Below the pieces are notes generated by a model that saw only the letters and a program-made list of their open reading frames with translations, was not told the DNA's origin and searched no databases. A stretch of DNA of 64,000 bases from an uncultured Candidatus Saccharibacteria bacterium. GTDB lineage: Bacteria > Patescibacteriota > Minisyncoccia > Phycocordibacterales > UBA1006. Shown here one piece after another: positions 50,733 to 61,209 of this stretch. A program made the position numbers and the translations under genes. The stretch is from NCBI GenBank assembly GCA_964601935.1, contig CAZROP010000001.1, positions 185,867 to 249,866 of the forward strand, in the 5' to 3' direction. Within the stretch, counting starts at the first letter, position 1. Each line of letters begins with the position of its first letter.

Positions 50733-52802
50733 ATGAGTGAACGCACGCCCGGAGAAGAAATCCTAGAAAACGCCGAGAATACTCCAGAAAGATTAATAAA
50801 TGCTCATATATTGAACGATATAGAGTTACAGTATGCATTACAGTTATTCCCTGTAGAAACTCTAGAATCTGTGCAAGAGAAAAGTCACGAAAAGATAGTA
50901 GATGAGCGAGTAACAATGCTGAACCGTTCGTGCATGTATGACGAGGTCAAGCCAGGAGAGGAGGGTATGCATCGACCAGAGCGTGCATATACTCCATTTT
51001 CGAAACTACGGTTCATAGCACCTCCTACTGAAGAGGTTGCAAATGAACTGCGATCACTGGGGGTGGTTCATGTGAAACAGTCTCTCGAGGCAACGAGACA
51101 GGCCCAAGATCTAGCACAATTTACCGAAATGGTCGAATGGTACGAAACACAAGAGCAGGCAAAACAGGAATGTTTAGAAGTTCTTCGTTCTTTACAAGAG
51201 AGCGCACAAGATGATTTACATGAGCTGGCTTTGCTCTTTCAGAAGATAGAGACTTCTTCTTCGGAGGCTGGTCACATGAATTACGAGCACGCGCAGAAAT
51301 GGGCGTACCAACTACTGATGGGAGGGCCTCTCACGAACAGTGTACAGTCGAGCGGAGGAGGACTGCGCGATACCTTCGAGGCATACATTTCTAATGTAGA
51401 GAACCTAAGGCAGCCGGCATACTACACCGATTTGTTGGTTGAAATACAAAATCACCAACGTGCTATAGAAATACTGAAGAGTTTGCCAGCGGCTACAGAC
51501 CCAGGATTGCAGGAGAAGTATAGAATCTGGCGGCAGATGAATACTCTTTTCAGAGGAGATGTAGAGGATAAGGTCTATACGTTCATGACCGAACAGGTAG
51601 GATATAATCAGACAAAACAGGGTATCCACATCCACAATCGTGTACCCAAAAGCTATCAACCTACACGTGGTCAGTATTCTCCTAAATACGGGTACAATGA
51701 TGCAAAGAATAAGCAACAAGAACTAATGCCTCGGGTGGAGCTTGCTCTGGAGAGCGCAACTCGATTCGTCGATACGACAGTCGCTCGTGCGCAGATGGAG
51801 TACGAAGTACTGCATCTGCCCGCGACAGAAACAAAATACGTTTCACCTGATGACGCGGCGAAGTATCTGAAACACGAGAAAGACAAGCGAGTAATAGAAG
51901 CACGAAAAGCAGCTGAGTTATTAGGTCGTAGACCAGAGACGTTTGCGCGGACTGTGGTTGATGCGGGGAACTTTACAGGAGAAGTCAGCTTTACTCTGAG
52001 GCCAAGAGATATGTTACCTGATATACATGCTGAGATACAAGAGCTAGAGAGACAAATCGTGGATTTGGGGATCGAGATAGGTAAATTGACGAAATCGGCT
52101 GATTCCATGAAAGATTCATTGGAAAAGGGTAGGGCGTATGATAGTTCGTCTAAACTTTATAAATTGGTTGTGTCACCTCCTATTGTTAACACAACCTGGA
52201 CTGAGCATGGCAACAAGCTTGATGATATAAAAAACTTAACATCAAAAAAGACAGACATAGAGCAAAATCTCGAGGTATTGCAAGCAGAATTAGAAACACA
52301 ATCACGACACCAATCTAATATATCGTTTGACTGGGAAAATGAGTGTATAAATATGATTACTAGAGGTGAATACCTGGGTTATGATATGAAACAGGGCGAA
52401 GTATCGGATATAGGGGCAGATTTTGATGTGGTGGCGTTCAAAAGATCACTATATAATCGTCTGTCTGGTGGTAGTAAGTCTATTTCAGAATTAGAACTGC
52501 GTAATTTGCAGAATGATATTGTTACATTCCTAGGCTTGGTATCCCGATGGGGGTTGTCGCCTGCAGAACAAACAGCATTAGACCATTATGATTCTGTGTT
52601 GCAGCGAGTCAGTAAAGGCGAATCGCGTACTCCAGAATGGTTACAGGGCGTGCCATTTGATGCGAAACAGGTGTACGAACATGCACTCGATGTTGTAATG
52701 CCTGCACAGGAAGCAGCTTTGGGTGTTGTAGATGGAAATGTATCTGTTGAAGTAGTGGCTGACGCGTATATGCGGTTGTACGGCGATAATAATGAAAAGT
52801 AA
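50733..52802 (+). CDS. large soluble coiled-coil hypothetical protein (first gene of + strand module)
   Basis: 689 aa, acidic and helical, no TM. Confidence 0.45.
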   Translation: MSERTPGEEILENAENTPERLINAHILNDIELQYALQLFPVETLESVQEKSHEKIVDERVTMLNRSCMYDEVKPGEEGMHRPERAYTPFSKLRFIAPPTEEVANELRSLGVVHVKQSLEATRQAQDLAQFTEMVEWYETQEQAKQECLEVLRSLQESAQDDLHELALLFQKIETSSSEAGHMNYEHAQKWAYQLLMGGPLTNSVQSSGGGLRDTFEAYISNVENLRQPAYYTDLLVEIQNHQRAIEILKSLPAATDPGLQEKYRIWRQMNTLFRGDVEDKVYTFMTEQVGYNQTKQGIHIHNRVPKSYQPTRGQYSPKYGYNDAKNKQQELMPRVELALESATRFVDTTVARAQMEYEVLHLPATETKYVSPDDAAKYLKHEKDKRVIEARKAAELLGRRPETFARTVVDAGNFTGEVSFTLRPRDMLPDIHAEIQELERQIVDLGIEIGKLTKSADSMKDSLEKGRAYDSSSKLYKLVVSPPIVNTTWTEHGNKLDDIKNLTSKKTDIEQNLEVLQAELETQSRHQSNISFDWENECINMITRGEYLGYDMKQGEVSDIGADFDVVAFKRSLYNRLSGGSKSISELELRNLQNDIVTFLGLVSRWGLSPAEQTALDHYDSVLQRVSKGESRTPEWLQGVPFDAKQVYEHALDVVMPAQEAALGVVDGNVSVEVVADAYMRLYGDNNEK

Positions 52803-52968
52803 GTTTGCAGTCTTTAGCAAGACAGAACAAAACCCGCTGCCAAGGGCAGCGGGTTTTGTTCTACGTGAAACCTGTATCGGTGTCATAGTACAGTGGATAA
52901 TGCCTGAAATTACAAGCAATTGATTGATATACTGGGTTAGACATCGGTATGCGCCGATCTTGTAGTGT

Positions 52969-55047
52969 ATGACATCACCAGAAAATACTGTTCCACAAAG
53001 AGATCCGATTCCAGGTGTAGGACATCCGGACGGGCTTTTGCCTGAGGAACAGGATTGGTGGAACGCACTACAGCGAGAAAAAGCGTCTCTAGCGCAAAAT
53101 GAGGGTATGGTATTGTCGCCTGTGATAGCACAATCTTCGCGTAGTTGGGATTCAGTTCAGATCCCGAAAGGTCGTAGAGAAGGCGGGCGATCTGCATCTA
53201 CTCTCGAAACATTGCGAACCAAAGGGGTTCATTCAGGCTCTGCGCTGGAACAAAAGATCTTAAATTCAGTTAGCGCTCCTACGAGTCCTATTACCTGGGA
53301 AGCAGTTGTTGCGACAAGAGCTCGATTAACTCCTCGATTAGAACAGGCTTTGGCAGCAGCAGATCCGCACCTGGCGTATGTATACGAGAGGTCACTGTCT
53401 CGTTCAGCCGCGAATATTACCTCGAACGATACATCAGCACGAACTGCAAAAATCATACCAATAGGCCAACCTCTAGGGGTAAGTTTGCGTGAGGCGGCGC
53501 TTGTAGATGACCAGGATGGTATCGAGATGCCTCAGATGCAGATTGCTTCGGTAGCAGCATCTGCCGATGTACCCGATGTAGAAACAGTCGGCGAGCCTGT
53601 TGCACCAGCGGCAGTAGCACCAGAGGTACATTCTGATGAGCCTATTTCTCTGCAGGAATTGGTTGATAGGGTAAACAGAAATGTATCAACTGTACAGGAG
53701 TCTCTGGATCTTGCAATAGAGCCTGTTGCACCAGCAATAGAAGAAGACCATAACTGGGCAGAACAGGTGCATCTATCAACTGAACGGTATTCTAGTACAC
53801 TAGAATCTGCGTACAATGAAGCATATTTGAATCTTCATAGAGGGGCGCATTGCAGTTGGTTATCGAATTCTACACATAGAGAAACATTACTCAATCAGGA
53901 GTGTCAGATAGCGCGTCGTGAATTGGTACTGGCTCTCGTGAATCAACGCCGGCAGCAGAATAACGGCGTACTCAGTCGTGCTGACCTGATTCAGATAGAA
54001 CAGAGCGTGGTACAGCAAGAGCGTATCACATTGGATACTCTTGGACAGCAGTATGCGCAACACGCAGACATGCGCATGGTTCGTAATGTTCCAGAATTGG
54101 CAAATATTGCGCGTGCTCGCGGTGCAGCAGTGATGGAACGAGGCAGACAAGGTGTCACACGTGTAACAGGTATGTTGTCGAGATTATGGACTAGAACTGC
54201 AGGGCAGAGTGATACCGTACAGAGAGCACAAGAATCCATGACGGCACACAGTCGTCGCGTGCGCGGTTGGGTGGATAGGCGATTGGGATCAGAGCGAGTT
54301 GCACAGATGCAGCATGTAGCGGTGCGTATTGCTGTACCTACTGTATTTACCATTGCTACGGGTGGAGCACTGCTGCCGGTGATAGCAGGTGCAACAGTGG
54401 CTACGGCTACGGGTGCTGGTATTGATGCCGGATATCGTGCAGTCACTAGGTCGCAGAATCGTGCCGACCAGAGCATACCCATTGCTCCTGAAAATGTAGA
54501 CGCAATGTTAGTTGATGCGCAACAGGAAGCGGCAATTAGGAATCGGGAGCGACGTATTGCGCGCTGGGTGTCTACCATTACATCCTCTCTCGTGGGAATA
54601 GTAACAGGGCATTGGACAGCAGATGCGATGCAGGCTCACACTAATACGCCAACATCTGGGCCTGCACCGAAACCAACGCAGCCTATTATCGAAAAACCAC
54701 CCATCCCATTTATAGAACACACTGTTGCTATTCAAAATGGGTCAGGCGAAGGGTTTACTCAGGCGGTTAATCGCTTATTATCAGTGACGCCAACAGATCA
54801 AGTGCCAGCATTGATTACTGACTTCGCACGAGTACATAATGTACCTATCGTTAACGGTCATTATCAGATGACTCCAGAACAGGCGCGAGCGTTTGCCGAA
54901 CAGGTACGTGCAATCGATACATTCGGTCGTTCAATCATTATGCAGCCGGGTGATACAGTAGGATTCGATGCGGAAGGACAGCTGGTACATACACATGCAG
55001 GAGTGAGCCGCGCAGTAACAGGCGCATTACGCGGGAAATGGATGTAG
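52969..55047 (+). CDS. large two-TM membrane protein, architectural paralog of 20728..23871
   Basis: 692 aa; ~450-aa cytoplasmic N-domain; Gly/Ala-rich TM pair (IAVPTVFTIATGGALLPVIAGATVATATGAGIDAGY; VSTITSSLVGIVTGHW); ~150-aa C-terminal domain. Confidence 0.5.
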   Translation: MTSPENTVPQRDPIPGVGHPDGLLPEEQDWWNALQREKASLAQNEGMVLSPVIAQSSRSWDSVQIPKGRREGGRSASTLETLRTKGVHSGSALEQKILNSVSAPTSPITWEAVVATRARLTPRLEQALAAADPHLAYVYERSLSRSAANITSNDTSARTAKIIPIGQPLGVSLREAALVDDQDGIEMPQMQIASVAASADVPDVETVGEPVAPAAVAPEVHSDEPISLQELVDRVNRNVSTVQESLDLAIEPVAPAIEEDHNWAEQVHLSTERYSSTLESAYNEAYLNLHRGAHCSWLSNSTHRETLLNQECQIARRELVLALVNQRRQQNNGVLSRADLIQIEQSVVQQERITLDTLGQQYAQHADMRMVRNVPELANIARARGAAVMERGRQGVTRVTGMLSRLWTRTAGQSDTVQRAQESMTAHSRRVRGWVDRRLGSERVAQMQHVAVRIAVPTVFTIATGGALLPVIAGATVATATGAGIDAGYRAVTRSQNRADQSIPIAPENVDAMLVDAQQEAAIRNRERRIARWVSTITSSLVGIVTGHWTADAMQAHTNTPTSGPAPKPTQPIIEKPPIPFIEHTVAIQNGSGEGFTQAVNRLLSVTPTDQVPALITDFARVHNVPIVNGHYQMTPEQARAFAEQVRAIDTFGRSIIMQPGDTVGFDAEGQLVHTHAGVSRAVTGALRGKWM

Positions 55048-55095
55048 GGTGTAATTCTTGCTCTTGAATCTAGTTGGGTATGATATACTAATTCT

Positions 55096-55419
55096 ATGAC
55101 AAATTTGCATGACATTACTAGTGCGTTCGCGCAGGTGTACGGATTCGATCCTGTCGATACCAGTGATAACGGTGCAGGATTGACAGGACAGCTGCTGGTG
55201 ACGTTGATGGAGCGTTTAGTAGCACGATCATACAGCTATCTAGGTGTTGACGATCAACGCATACTGGATGATATGCTGGACGCTGATGCAGAACCGGATG
55301 CTGTGATTGGATTTTTGTCGCAGCGTATTCCTGTATTTGCACAAGTAGTAATGGAGATTATCACAGAGATGAAGAACTCTATAGATGAAGTAGAGAAGAT
55401 TGCAGAGAGTGTAGTATAA
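55096..55419 (+). CDS. small acidic protein, paralog of 23886..24233
   Basis: 107 aa, pI about 4, aligns with the 115-aa ORF next to the other large membrane protein. Confidence 0.5.
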   Translation: MTNLHDITSAFAQVYGFDPVDTSDNGAGLTGQLLVTLMERLVARSYSYLGVDDQRILDDMLDADAEPDAVIGFLSQRIPVFAQVVMEIITEMKNSIDEVEKIAESVV

Positions 55420-55442
55420 TTCTTTGAATAGTGTGAGTATGC

Positions 55443-55476
55443 AAAAACCACCTGTAGCATCAGGTGGTTTTTTGTA
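55443..55476 (+). terminator. intrinsic terminator after 55096..55419
   Basis: aaaaaccacctg-tagcat-caggtggtttttt. Confidence 0.65.
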
Positions 55477-55487
55477 ATGATGTTATT

Positions 55488-55529
55488 GGTAAAAAATAAC
55501 GCCTATCTGGAAAAATTCCAGATAGGCGG
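55488..55529 (-). terminator. intrinsic terminator after cmk
   Basis: 11-bp perfect stem cgcctatctgg/ccagataggcg followed on the minus strand by TTATTTTTT. Confidence 0.6.
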
Positions 55530-55548
55530 CATATACTGTCCTGTACTC

Positions 55549-56403
55549 TTATATAGATACAACCAACTGCTCAGGCTTTGGCAGTTGAGCGATCAGCTGC
55601 TGCACTGTTGCTTCCATTGGTCCATCATTCATGACCGTGGTCATATCAACAGTTTTTACGAGAGGGTGTATTTCTCTAGAGCCATCGAGTTGATCACGCC
55701 GGGTCAGCTTTAGATGGAGTTCGTTATACTCATCTGGTTTGTTTTCCCAGTCAGGAAGTATTCGCATGATCCTTATGTGTAAGCTACATGTAAGAAAAAA
55801 CTTTGCATAGGCGTTAGGAAACAATGCAGATCCGATATGACGACCTTCCACAACCAATACTTTATTGCCGTACACGAACACCTGTTCAATACAGGCTTGT
55901 AGTAGTATCAAGTCTGCGAGGAGTCTTACCTCCAGATCCTGTGCATACTCCGCGACACTGTTTGTCACGAATTTGCTCTGTAGTTCTGCTTCATGTTGCC
56001 CTAACTCTTTGGGGCTCGGGTAGTATATATCGTCTGTAGCCACTCCTCTGAGCCTGTGTAGTGTAATCCACCGGAAATAGTCCCCGGTAGACAGTGCGAC
56101 CCCGCCCAGTTGTCGAGCTGCTTCGGTGCTGACGGCACCTTTACCGCTTTTCCCTGGGCCGTCCAAGGTAATAATCTGGACACCCATAAGTTGCAGTAAG
56201 TGGGCTGTTACCAAACCCGCAAAATCAGCTAGCTGAGGTTTATCGGGGCACTCGAAATCTTCTGGGAACCCCTCGTTTCTTTTTTGGTTAAAAATCGCAA
56301 GATCTCCCCATACATGTTGGAGCAGTAGTAACTGCTGCTCACAAACTTGTTTGGGACCATTAATCCACGCCCATATAGGTGTTGTTTTTTGCATGATTCG
56401 CAA
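55549..56403 (-). CDS. cmk: cytidylate kinase (probable true start internal at MGVQIITLDGPGKSGKG, ~56190)
   Basis: P-loop ITLDGPGKSGKG followed by ALSTGDYFR; the N-terminal ~70 aa of the ORF is probably upstream read-through. Confidence 0.65.
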   Translation of the reverse strand: MRIMQKTTPIWAWINGPKQVCEQQLLLLQHVWGDLAIFNQKRNEGFPEDFECPDKPQLADFAGLVTAHLLQLMGVQIITLDGPGKSGKGAVSTEAARQLGGVALSTGDYFRWITLHRLRGVATDDIYYPSPKELGQHEAELQSKFVTNSVAEYAQDLEVRLLADLILLQACIEQVFVYGNKVLVVEGRHIGSALFPNAYAKFFLTCSLHIRIMRILPDWENKPDEYNELHLKLTRRDQLDGSREIHPLVKTVDMTTVMNDGPMEATVQQLIAQLPKPEQLVVSI

Positions 56404-56568
56404 AAATTAAATGAAAAAATATTGTTCTAATACTAAAATCCCATTCTAGTGTGTTGTGGCGCAAAGTCAATCTTATGGATGTCGGGCAGATGGGTGTTAA
56501 TGCGGTCAGGGTTATTTGCGTTTGGGGCTGGTTTCGGTATACTAGAATCTGTAGGTAATTAGTCTATT

Positions 56569-56639
56569 GCGGTCATAGTTTATTGGTAAAACACGTCCTT
56601 GCCAAGGATGAGAGCGGAGTTCGATTCTCCGTGGCCGCA
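56569..56639 (+). tRNA. tRNA-Gly (anticodon GCC)
   Basis: acceptor GCGGTCA/TGGCCGC, D-arm GTTTATTGGTAAAAC, anticodon loop TTGCCAA, T-arm CGGAGTTCGATTCTCCG. Confidence 0.8.
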
Positions 56640-56650
56640 CAAATAACAAG

Positions 56651-56682
56651 AAAAAACGCGACCTCAGAAGCGTTTTTTCTTG
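56651..56682 (+). terminator. intrinsic terminator after tRNA-Gly
   Basis: aaaaacgc-gacctcagaa-gcgttttt followed by a T-run. Confidence 0.55.
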
Positions 56683-56801
56683 TATATTTTGCGGAAACCA
56701 CCACGGAGAATTGAACCGGGGTCGCGAAATACTCTGCGAATATGGGCGTAAGCGAATACCGAGTATAGATATTTTGTTGGCCGCACACTGGTTCTGTTCC
56801 C

Positions 56802-56820
56802 TCCCCTCGCAAAGGGGAGA
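56802..56820. repeat. palindromic hairpin TCCCCTCGCAAAGGGGAGA flanking the DUF559 gene on the left
   Basis: the same stem (CCCCT/AGGGG) reappears at 57253..57273. Confidence 0.45.
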
Positions 56821-56876
56821 GTTAGGGTGGGGTTTGATTACTCACGAGCATTATATTAGAGTAGCAAGTATATTGT

Positions 56877-57302
56877 ATGGCTATTTTTACGAAACAGAAC
56901 TCTGCCTATTTGGAAAAACGCAGGCACTTGCGAATCAATATGACTCCAGAAGAGCGTACACTTTGGTACTATCTAAAGCATCAGCAAACAGGATATAAAT
57001 GGCGCAGGCAATACAGTGTTGATAATTATATTGTTGACTTTGCTTGTATACAGCAACGTCTAATTATAGAGATTGACGGCGGGGATCATTTGATGAAGCA
57101 AGAATACGATGCAGTCCGCCAAGAGTATATTCAATCTTTAGGGTGGTGTGTACTCAGGTTTGGAAACAATGAAGTGCGAGAACAACTAGAAAGTGTTGTT
57201 AGTAGGATATACGAGTTATTGTATCAACTGTACGACCAAACCCCACCTCAATCCTCCCCTTTGCTAGGGGAGGAACCCCGAACACCGAAACCAGAAATAT
57301 AG
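56877..57302 (+). CDS. DUF559 (Vsr-like) endonuclease domain protein
   Basis: 141 aa; the DUF559 signature MTPEERTLWYYLK....YKWRRQY.V..YIVDFAC....LIIEIDGG.H......YD..R...L...GW.VLRF.NNEV. Confidence 0.7.
   Translation: MAIFTKQNSAYLEKRRHLRINMTPEERTLWYYLKHQQTGYKWRRQYSVDNYIVDFACIQQRLIIEIDGGDHLMKQEYDAVRQEYIQSLGWCVLRFGNNEVREQLESVVSRIYELLYQLYDQTPPQSSPLLGEEPRTPKPEI
57253..57273. repeat. palindromic hairpin CCTCCCCTTTGCTAGGGGAGG, right flank inside the 3' end of the DUF559 ORF
   Basis: 19/20 match to the reverse complement of the left hairpin. Confidence 0.45.
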
Positions 57303-57395
57303 TTTTTGCATACGTGGTGATGGACAATAAACAACCTTTGTGGCAGTATGGACATAAAATTCTGAAACCAATTTTTTAAAATAAAAGCAGAGGCT

Positions 57396-57944
57396 ATGCG
57401 TCATTATGAGGATTACTTAATCATCGGGAGCCTTTTAGTTATTCTCCTATTGATTATCAGATGTTTAAAGCGTCGTCATGCGCGCTTGGCTGATCTTGTG
57501 CGGGTTTACCAGCAGGATAATGGTAGGGGAAATCAGATCGCCGCAGGCACGGAGCTATTCAACGGATACCAGGTTCTTCGTGAAATGGATGGACAATTGG
57601 TTATGCAGTATACTGATCCATCCTCGGGCAAAATCACAGTACTGATCCGGTGTTATCAGCTTTGGCAGCTGACATCTGGTCGGAACGAGATCCTGGTTGT
57701 CGGCTACGATCTAGAGGGGTGCATCGTGGATGTTTTACAGGTACAGGCTCGAGAAGATGATTTTGGCGAAATCGCCCTGGTTTCTATAGACTTCTCGACG
57801 AAAGAACCAATCGACTATATTTATATACTCGATGGCGGGGGTTTGTGCGTTTGCGAGAAAGGTAGTGAAGAACAGGTGCTGTGGCCAGAAGGTCGGATAC
57901 AGGATGCTTTTGGCGAGCACCAGTTGAGAATGTCGGAAGGGTAG
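57396..57944 (+). CDS. hypothetical membrane-anchored protein
   Basis: 182 aa with an N-terminal TM. Confidence 0.4.
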   Translation: MRHYEDYLIIGSLLVILLLIIRCLKRRHARLADLVRVYQQDNGRGNQIAAGTELFNGYQVLREMDGQLVMQYTDPSSGKITVLIRCYQLWQLTSGRNEILVVGYDLEGCIVDVLQVQAREDDFGEIALVSIDFSTKEPIDYIYILDGGGLCVCEKGSEEQVLWPEGRIQDAFGEHQLRMSEG

Positions 57945-58079
57945 AATCCTACCAATTGCAACACCTTGTGAGCTTTATTGTAAGCTCACAAGGTGTTTTG
58001 TCTACATTGTTCCAATGGTATCTAGTGCCACGTGAAACGGAGGGATAGTGAGGAGGGTTCGGGTAGGGTGAATGGGTAA

Positions 58080-58955
58080 TTGGGCAGAAATGTACACTTG
58101 ACATATATACACTCAAATGCGATAATATTTGGTAATTTGTACGGATCGTTTCTATCTGTAGGACAGTCCAAACAAGGCTTGAAAATATTTCCAAAACCGT
58201 ATCAGGTGATGAGCCTGGTCACAATACTGATCGCCATGAACGCGAAAAAAATCATTCTTATCGCTGGAATTTGTATTTTCGCAGTAGCTGCAACCCTGTT
58301 GGCTACCAATATCGCCCCGAACAGTTTCCTGGGCGACATCCGCGAGGATGTCTTTGGTAAGCGAACAGGACTGTTCGCTGCCACTACAGCGCCCAACACG
58401 GGCCCTCAAAGCTTTTTGGAAGCAGAGCAGACTCGGTATATTACAGAGCGCGCTGCCCTCGGCGATCACACGGTTACCGTTGGCGACAATTCCATCGGGA
58501 ATGCGGCTACTACCACCCGCGATCCCGAGGTTGTGGAGGTTGAAGGGGATGCCGCGGCAGACCCCAGGGATCGGCGACCCGAGGAGGCAAGAGAATTAAC
58601 CGACGCCGATTTGGCAGCAGGAGTGGGTGACCGCACCCATGAAGGGGAGAAAATGCTGGAAGATATGACGGTAGGAACTAAGATTACCCGGATCTCCGAT
58701 GGTAAAAGCCTAAAGGTTGTTGGCCTGAGCGCTAATGGCCGGGTCGTGGAAGTGACATTCCGAGATGGGTACGGCGGGGAGCCTGTATTCCAGCTGACTC
58801 TTAAGGGCACTGTCTATACTGGCCCTGGCTTGTCCGACAAGGGGATGACGGATATCAACCTCTCCGAGACAGAAGAGGGTGTGCTCATCCTGTCGTGGAC
58901 GAATAGTCTGGGTGGAGACTCGGAGGTTCGGTTCCCGCTCGCCGACGTTCGCTGA
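58080..58955 (+). CDS. secreted/membrane-anchored hypothetical protein (likely start at Met 58206)
   Basis: the internal Met precedes a TM/signal (MSLVTILIAMNAKKIILIAGICIFAVAATLLA); acidic Gly/Asp-rich body. Confidence 0.45.
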   Translation: MGRNVHLTYIHSNAIIFGNLYGSFLSVGQSKQGLKIFPKPYQVMSLVTILIAMNAKKIILIAGICIFAVAATLLATNIAPNSFLGDIREDVFGKRTGLFAATTAPNTGPQSFLEAEQTRYITERAALGDHTVTVGDNSIGNAATTTRDPEVVEVEGDAAADPRDRRPEEARELTDADLAAGVGDRTHEGEKMLEDMTVGTKITRISDGKSLKVVGLSANGRVVEVTFRDGYGGEPVFQLTLKGTVYTGPGLSDKGMTDINLSETEEGVLILSWTNSLGGDSEVRFPLADVR

Positions 58956-59258
58956 AAGAGTATCAAGAGTTTTCTCAAAAACGCATTAGTAATTGTACAC
59001 GAGCAGTATACATCACCCTCTGGGGTTGGTGGCACTACGTTCTGTATCAATTGCTGATGCGTTTTTACTTTTTCTTCGTCTTACCAGCCTTCGAATTGGG
59101 ATGTGTAAAGGAGAGGGCGGGTACCCCCTTGACAATCGTCGAATAATCTGTAGCTTGGTGATTAGTATCAATCTGGGTTAATGCTCAGAAAGAACATAAA
59201 ATAAACTATTTTTTTCACTGCTGGCGCATATACACGCTGGCTAAAATATGACAAAGCC

Positions 59259-60419
59259 ATGAGGGCATTTCTCTATTCATTATTTTTGTTGTTTGCTACT
59301 ACTCTGACAACAACAAGTACGAACGCACAGACGACCGCTACTACAATTTTTGAATCTTTGACTGCGCAAGGGCTGGACCAGCTCACTGAATATCGCAAGG
59401 GGTTAAATCCTCGTATCTGGCTCTTGCAGAAAGGTGGCATCGAGAAGACCAAAGAAGTCTCCGAAGGTGGAAACTTTACTGCAACCTATCTTTACCTGGG
59501 AGAAAAAAAGAAATTCACTGGCACATGGCTTTGGGGAGTGAAAGCGAACGGACGCGAAGTTGCCGCAAGCCTGAACCCGGAAGCCTACACTGCAACAAAA
59601 AGTAGCACTGGGTTTATGCCGGTCAAGAAACCGAAAGCTGCAACTCCGTCTAAAGAGGACAACCTGAGCCCTCTCGAAACTGAGATAGACGTTCAGGCTG
59701 CACTGTTTACAGCAGCGCTCTCTATTACTGCGCTGAGCGAACAGAATGCGGATCAGCAACTCCGGATTGAGGACTTGGAAGAAGAAAATCGGGGGCAGGC
59801 GGAAGATATCTTATTCCTGGAGACCTTGCTACTCGATCATGACAGCTTGATCTATTTGTTGCTACGGCAGCAGGCTCAGGCTGCCCAAGGAAAAACTTCA
59901 GCCCAGCCTAAAACTTTCTGTTCCAGGGCTCCTCGCAGCGGTTTCATTGGAGCACAGTATAGCCAAGGGATGGTTAAAGGAATGGAGGGGCTGGGTCTGG
60001 CTGAAAGCGCTGACTTTGAGACCTATGGAATCAATGTAGGTGGGGCATTTCCAATCCAAGGACGCGTGTCGGTATCGGCAGGTCTCAGTGGTACTGTAGG
60101 GAAAATGGTTCCTCGGGGCGCTGAACTCCAGCCGGGTGAAAAACTTACAGCACAAGTAATAGGCGCAACGCTGGGATTCAACTATGAAGTCGCAGGCAGG
60201 CTGTATGTAGGTGCAGGGGGAGAGGTCAGGATCGCTCACTGGAAGTATCAGTACTCTGATTTCAATGCTCTCAATCTCACAGGAAGTGTAGTGTCAGTTG
60301 CACCATATGCCCAACTGGGCTACTGGGGTCGAGGATTTGGTATCTGGGGTCGCTACGACAGTGACAAAACACTGAGCGCAGGGATCGCTTACCATGTCCC
60401 GTACAAAATAAAAAATTAA
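59259..60419 (+). CDS. secreted protein with central coiled coil and C-terminal Gly-rich beta domain
   Basis: 386 aa with signal peptide MRAFLYSLFLLFATTLTTTSTNAQ; C-terminus ...GIAYHVPYKIKN. Confidence 0.5.
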   Translation: MRAFLYSLFLLFATTLTTTSTNAQTTATTIFESLTAQGLDQLTEYRKGLNPRIWLLQKGGIEKTKEVSEGGNFTATYLYLGEKKKFTGTWLWGVKANGREVAASLNPEAYTATKSSTGFMPVKKPKAATPSKEDNLSPLETEIDVQAALFTAALSITALSEQNADQQLRIEDLEEENRGQAEDILFLETLLLDHDSLIYLLLRQQAQAAQGKTSAQPKTFCSRAPRSGFIGAQYSQGMVKGMEGLGLAESADFETYGINVGGAFPIQGRVSVSAGLSGTVGKMVPRGAELQPGEKLTAQVIGATLGFNYEVAGRLYVGAGGEVRIAHWKYQYSDFNALNLTGSVVSVAPYAQLGYWGRGFGIWGRYDSDKTLSAGIAYHVPYKIKN

Positions 60420-60603
60420 GGCAAAAGGATAGTCCTATTGCTACAATTCATAAACGCGTTGGCGAGATCAGGTGTGCAGTTGCATGCAGGATCATTCGCC
60501 AACGCGTTTTTTTATTCTTCCTATTTATGATTTCAATAGTACGCGCGAGCAGTCATAATAATTCATTTTTCTTCCTCAGGTTATATGATATACTCGTGTT
60601 TCT

Positions 60604-61119
60604 ATGTCACTACTCCACAAATATTTACCCGAGGTGGTCTACGGATCCATTGATGGAACGGTAACTACATTCGCTATTATTGCGGGCGCTGCGGGCGCGG
60701 GATTCCCACCAGCGGTGATGTTGGTGTTGGGGGTATCCAACGTTCTGGCGGACGCATGGTCTATGGCGTCATCCAATTATCTATCCGCCAAATCAGAATC
60801 TCAGCGTGATGGCGATGATCATTCGCATCATAACGCGCTGTCATCTGCTGCGGCAACATTCGCATCATTCGTCCTGGTAGGATGTATTCCGCTGCTATCA
60901 TATATTGCATCATTCGCGTTCGGTATCGGGCAGGGGCATGAATTCGTATCATCAATCATACTTACGGGTGCTGCATTCATATTCATTGGTACTATGCGTG
61001 GTCGTGTTGCAGGCGTGTCAGTGGTGCGCGCTGCTGTGGAGACATTAGTGATTGGTGCAGTTGCCGCCAGTGTTGCCTATTTCGTAGGATCATGGATAGA
61101 AGTGCTGATACGCGGATAG
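60604..61119 (+). CDS. VIT1/CCC1-family (PF01988) Fe/Mn transporter
   Basis: 171 aa; N-terminus VVYGSIDGTVTTFAIIAGAAGAGF is characteristic of the VIT family, plus multiple TM helices. Confidence 0.65.
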   Translation: MSLLHKYLPEVVYGSIDGTVTTFAIIAGAAGAGFPPAVMLVLGVSNVLADAWSMASSNYLSAKSESQRDGDDHSHHNALSSAAATFASFVLVGCIPLLSYIASFAFGIGQGHEFVSSIILTGAAFIFIGTMRGRVAGVSVVRAAVETLVIGAVAASVAYFVGSWIEVLIRG

Positions 61120-61209
61120 TCTCTCTGCAATAAACTGTACATCACAAAAAACAGCCTCGTCGAGAACTCTCGACGAGGCTGTTGTATAATAGGGTTCTTC
61201 CTTTGTAGA

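Noticed and set aside
56697-56795. Second tRNA on the minus strand next to tRNA-Gly (contains GGTTCAATTCTCC)
   Set aside because: The T-stem cannot pair (CCCGG versus CTCCG) and no D- or anticodon arms can be drawn; treated as an inverted tRNA fragment.
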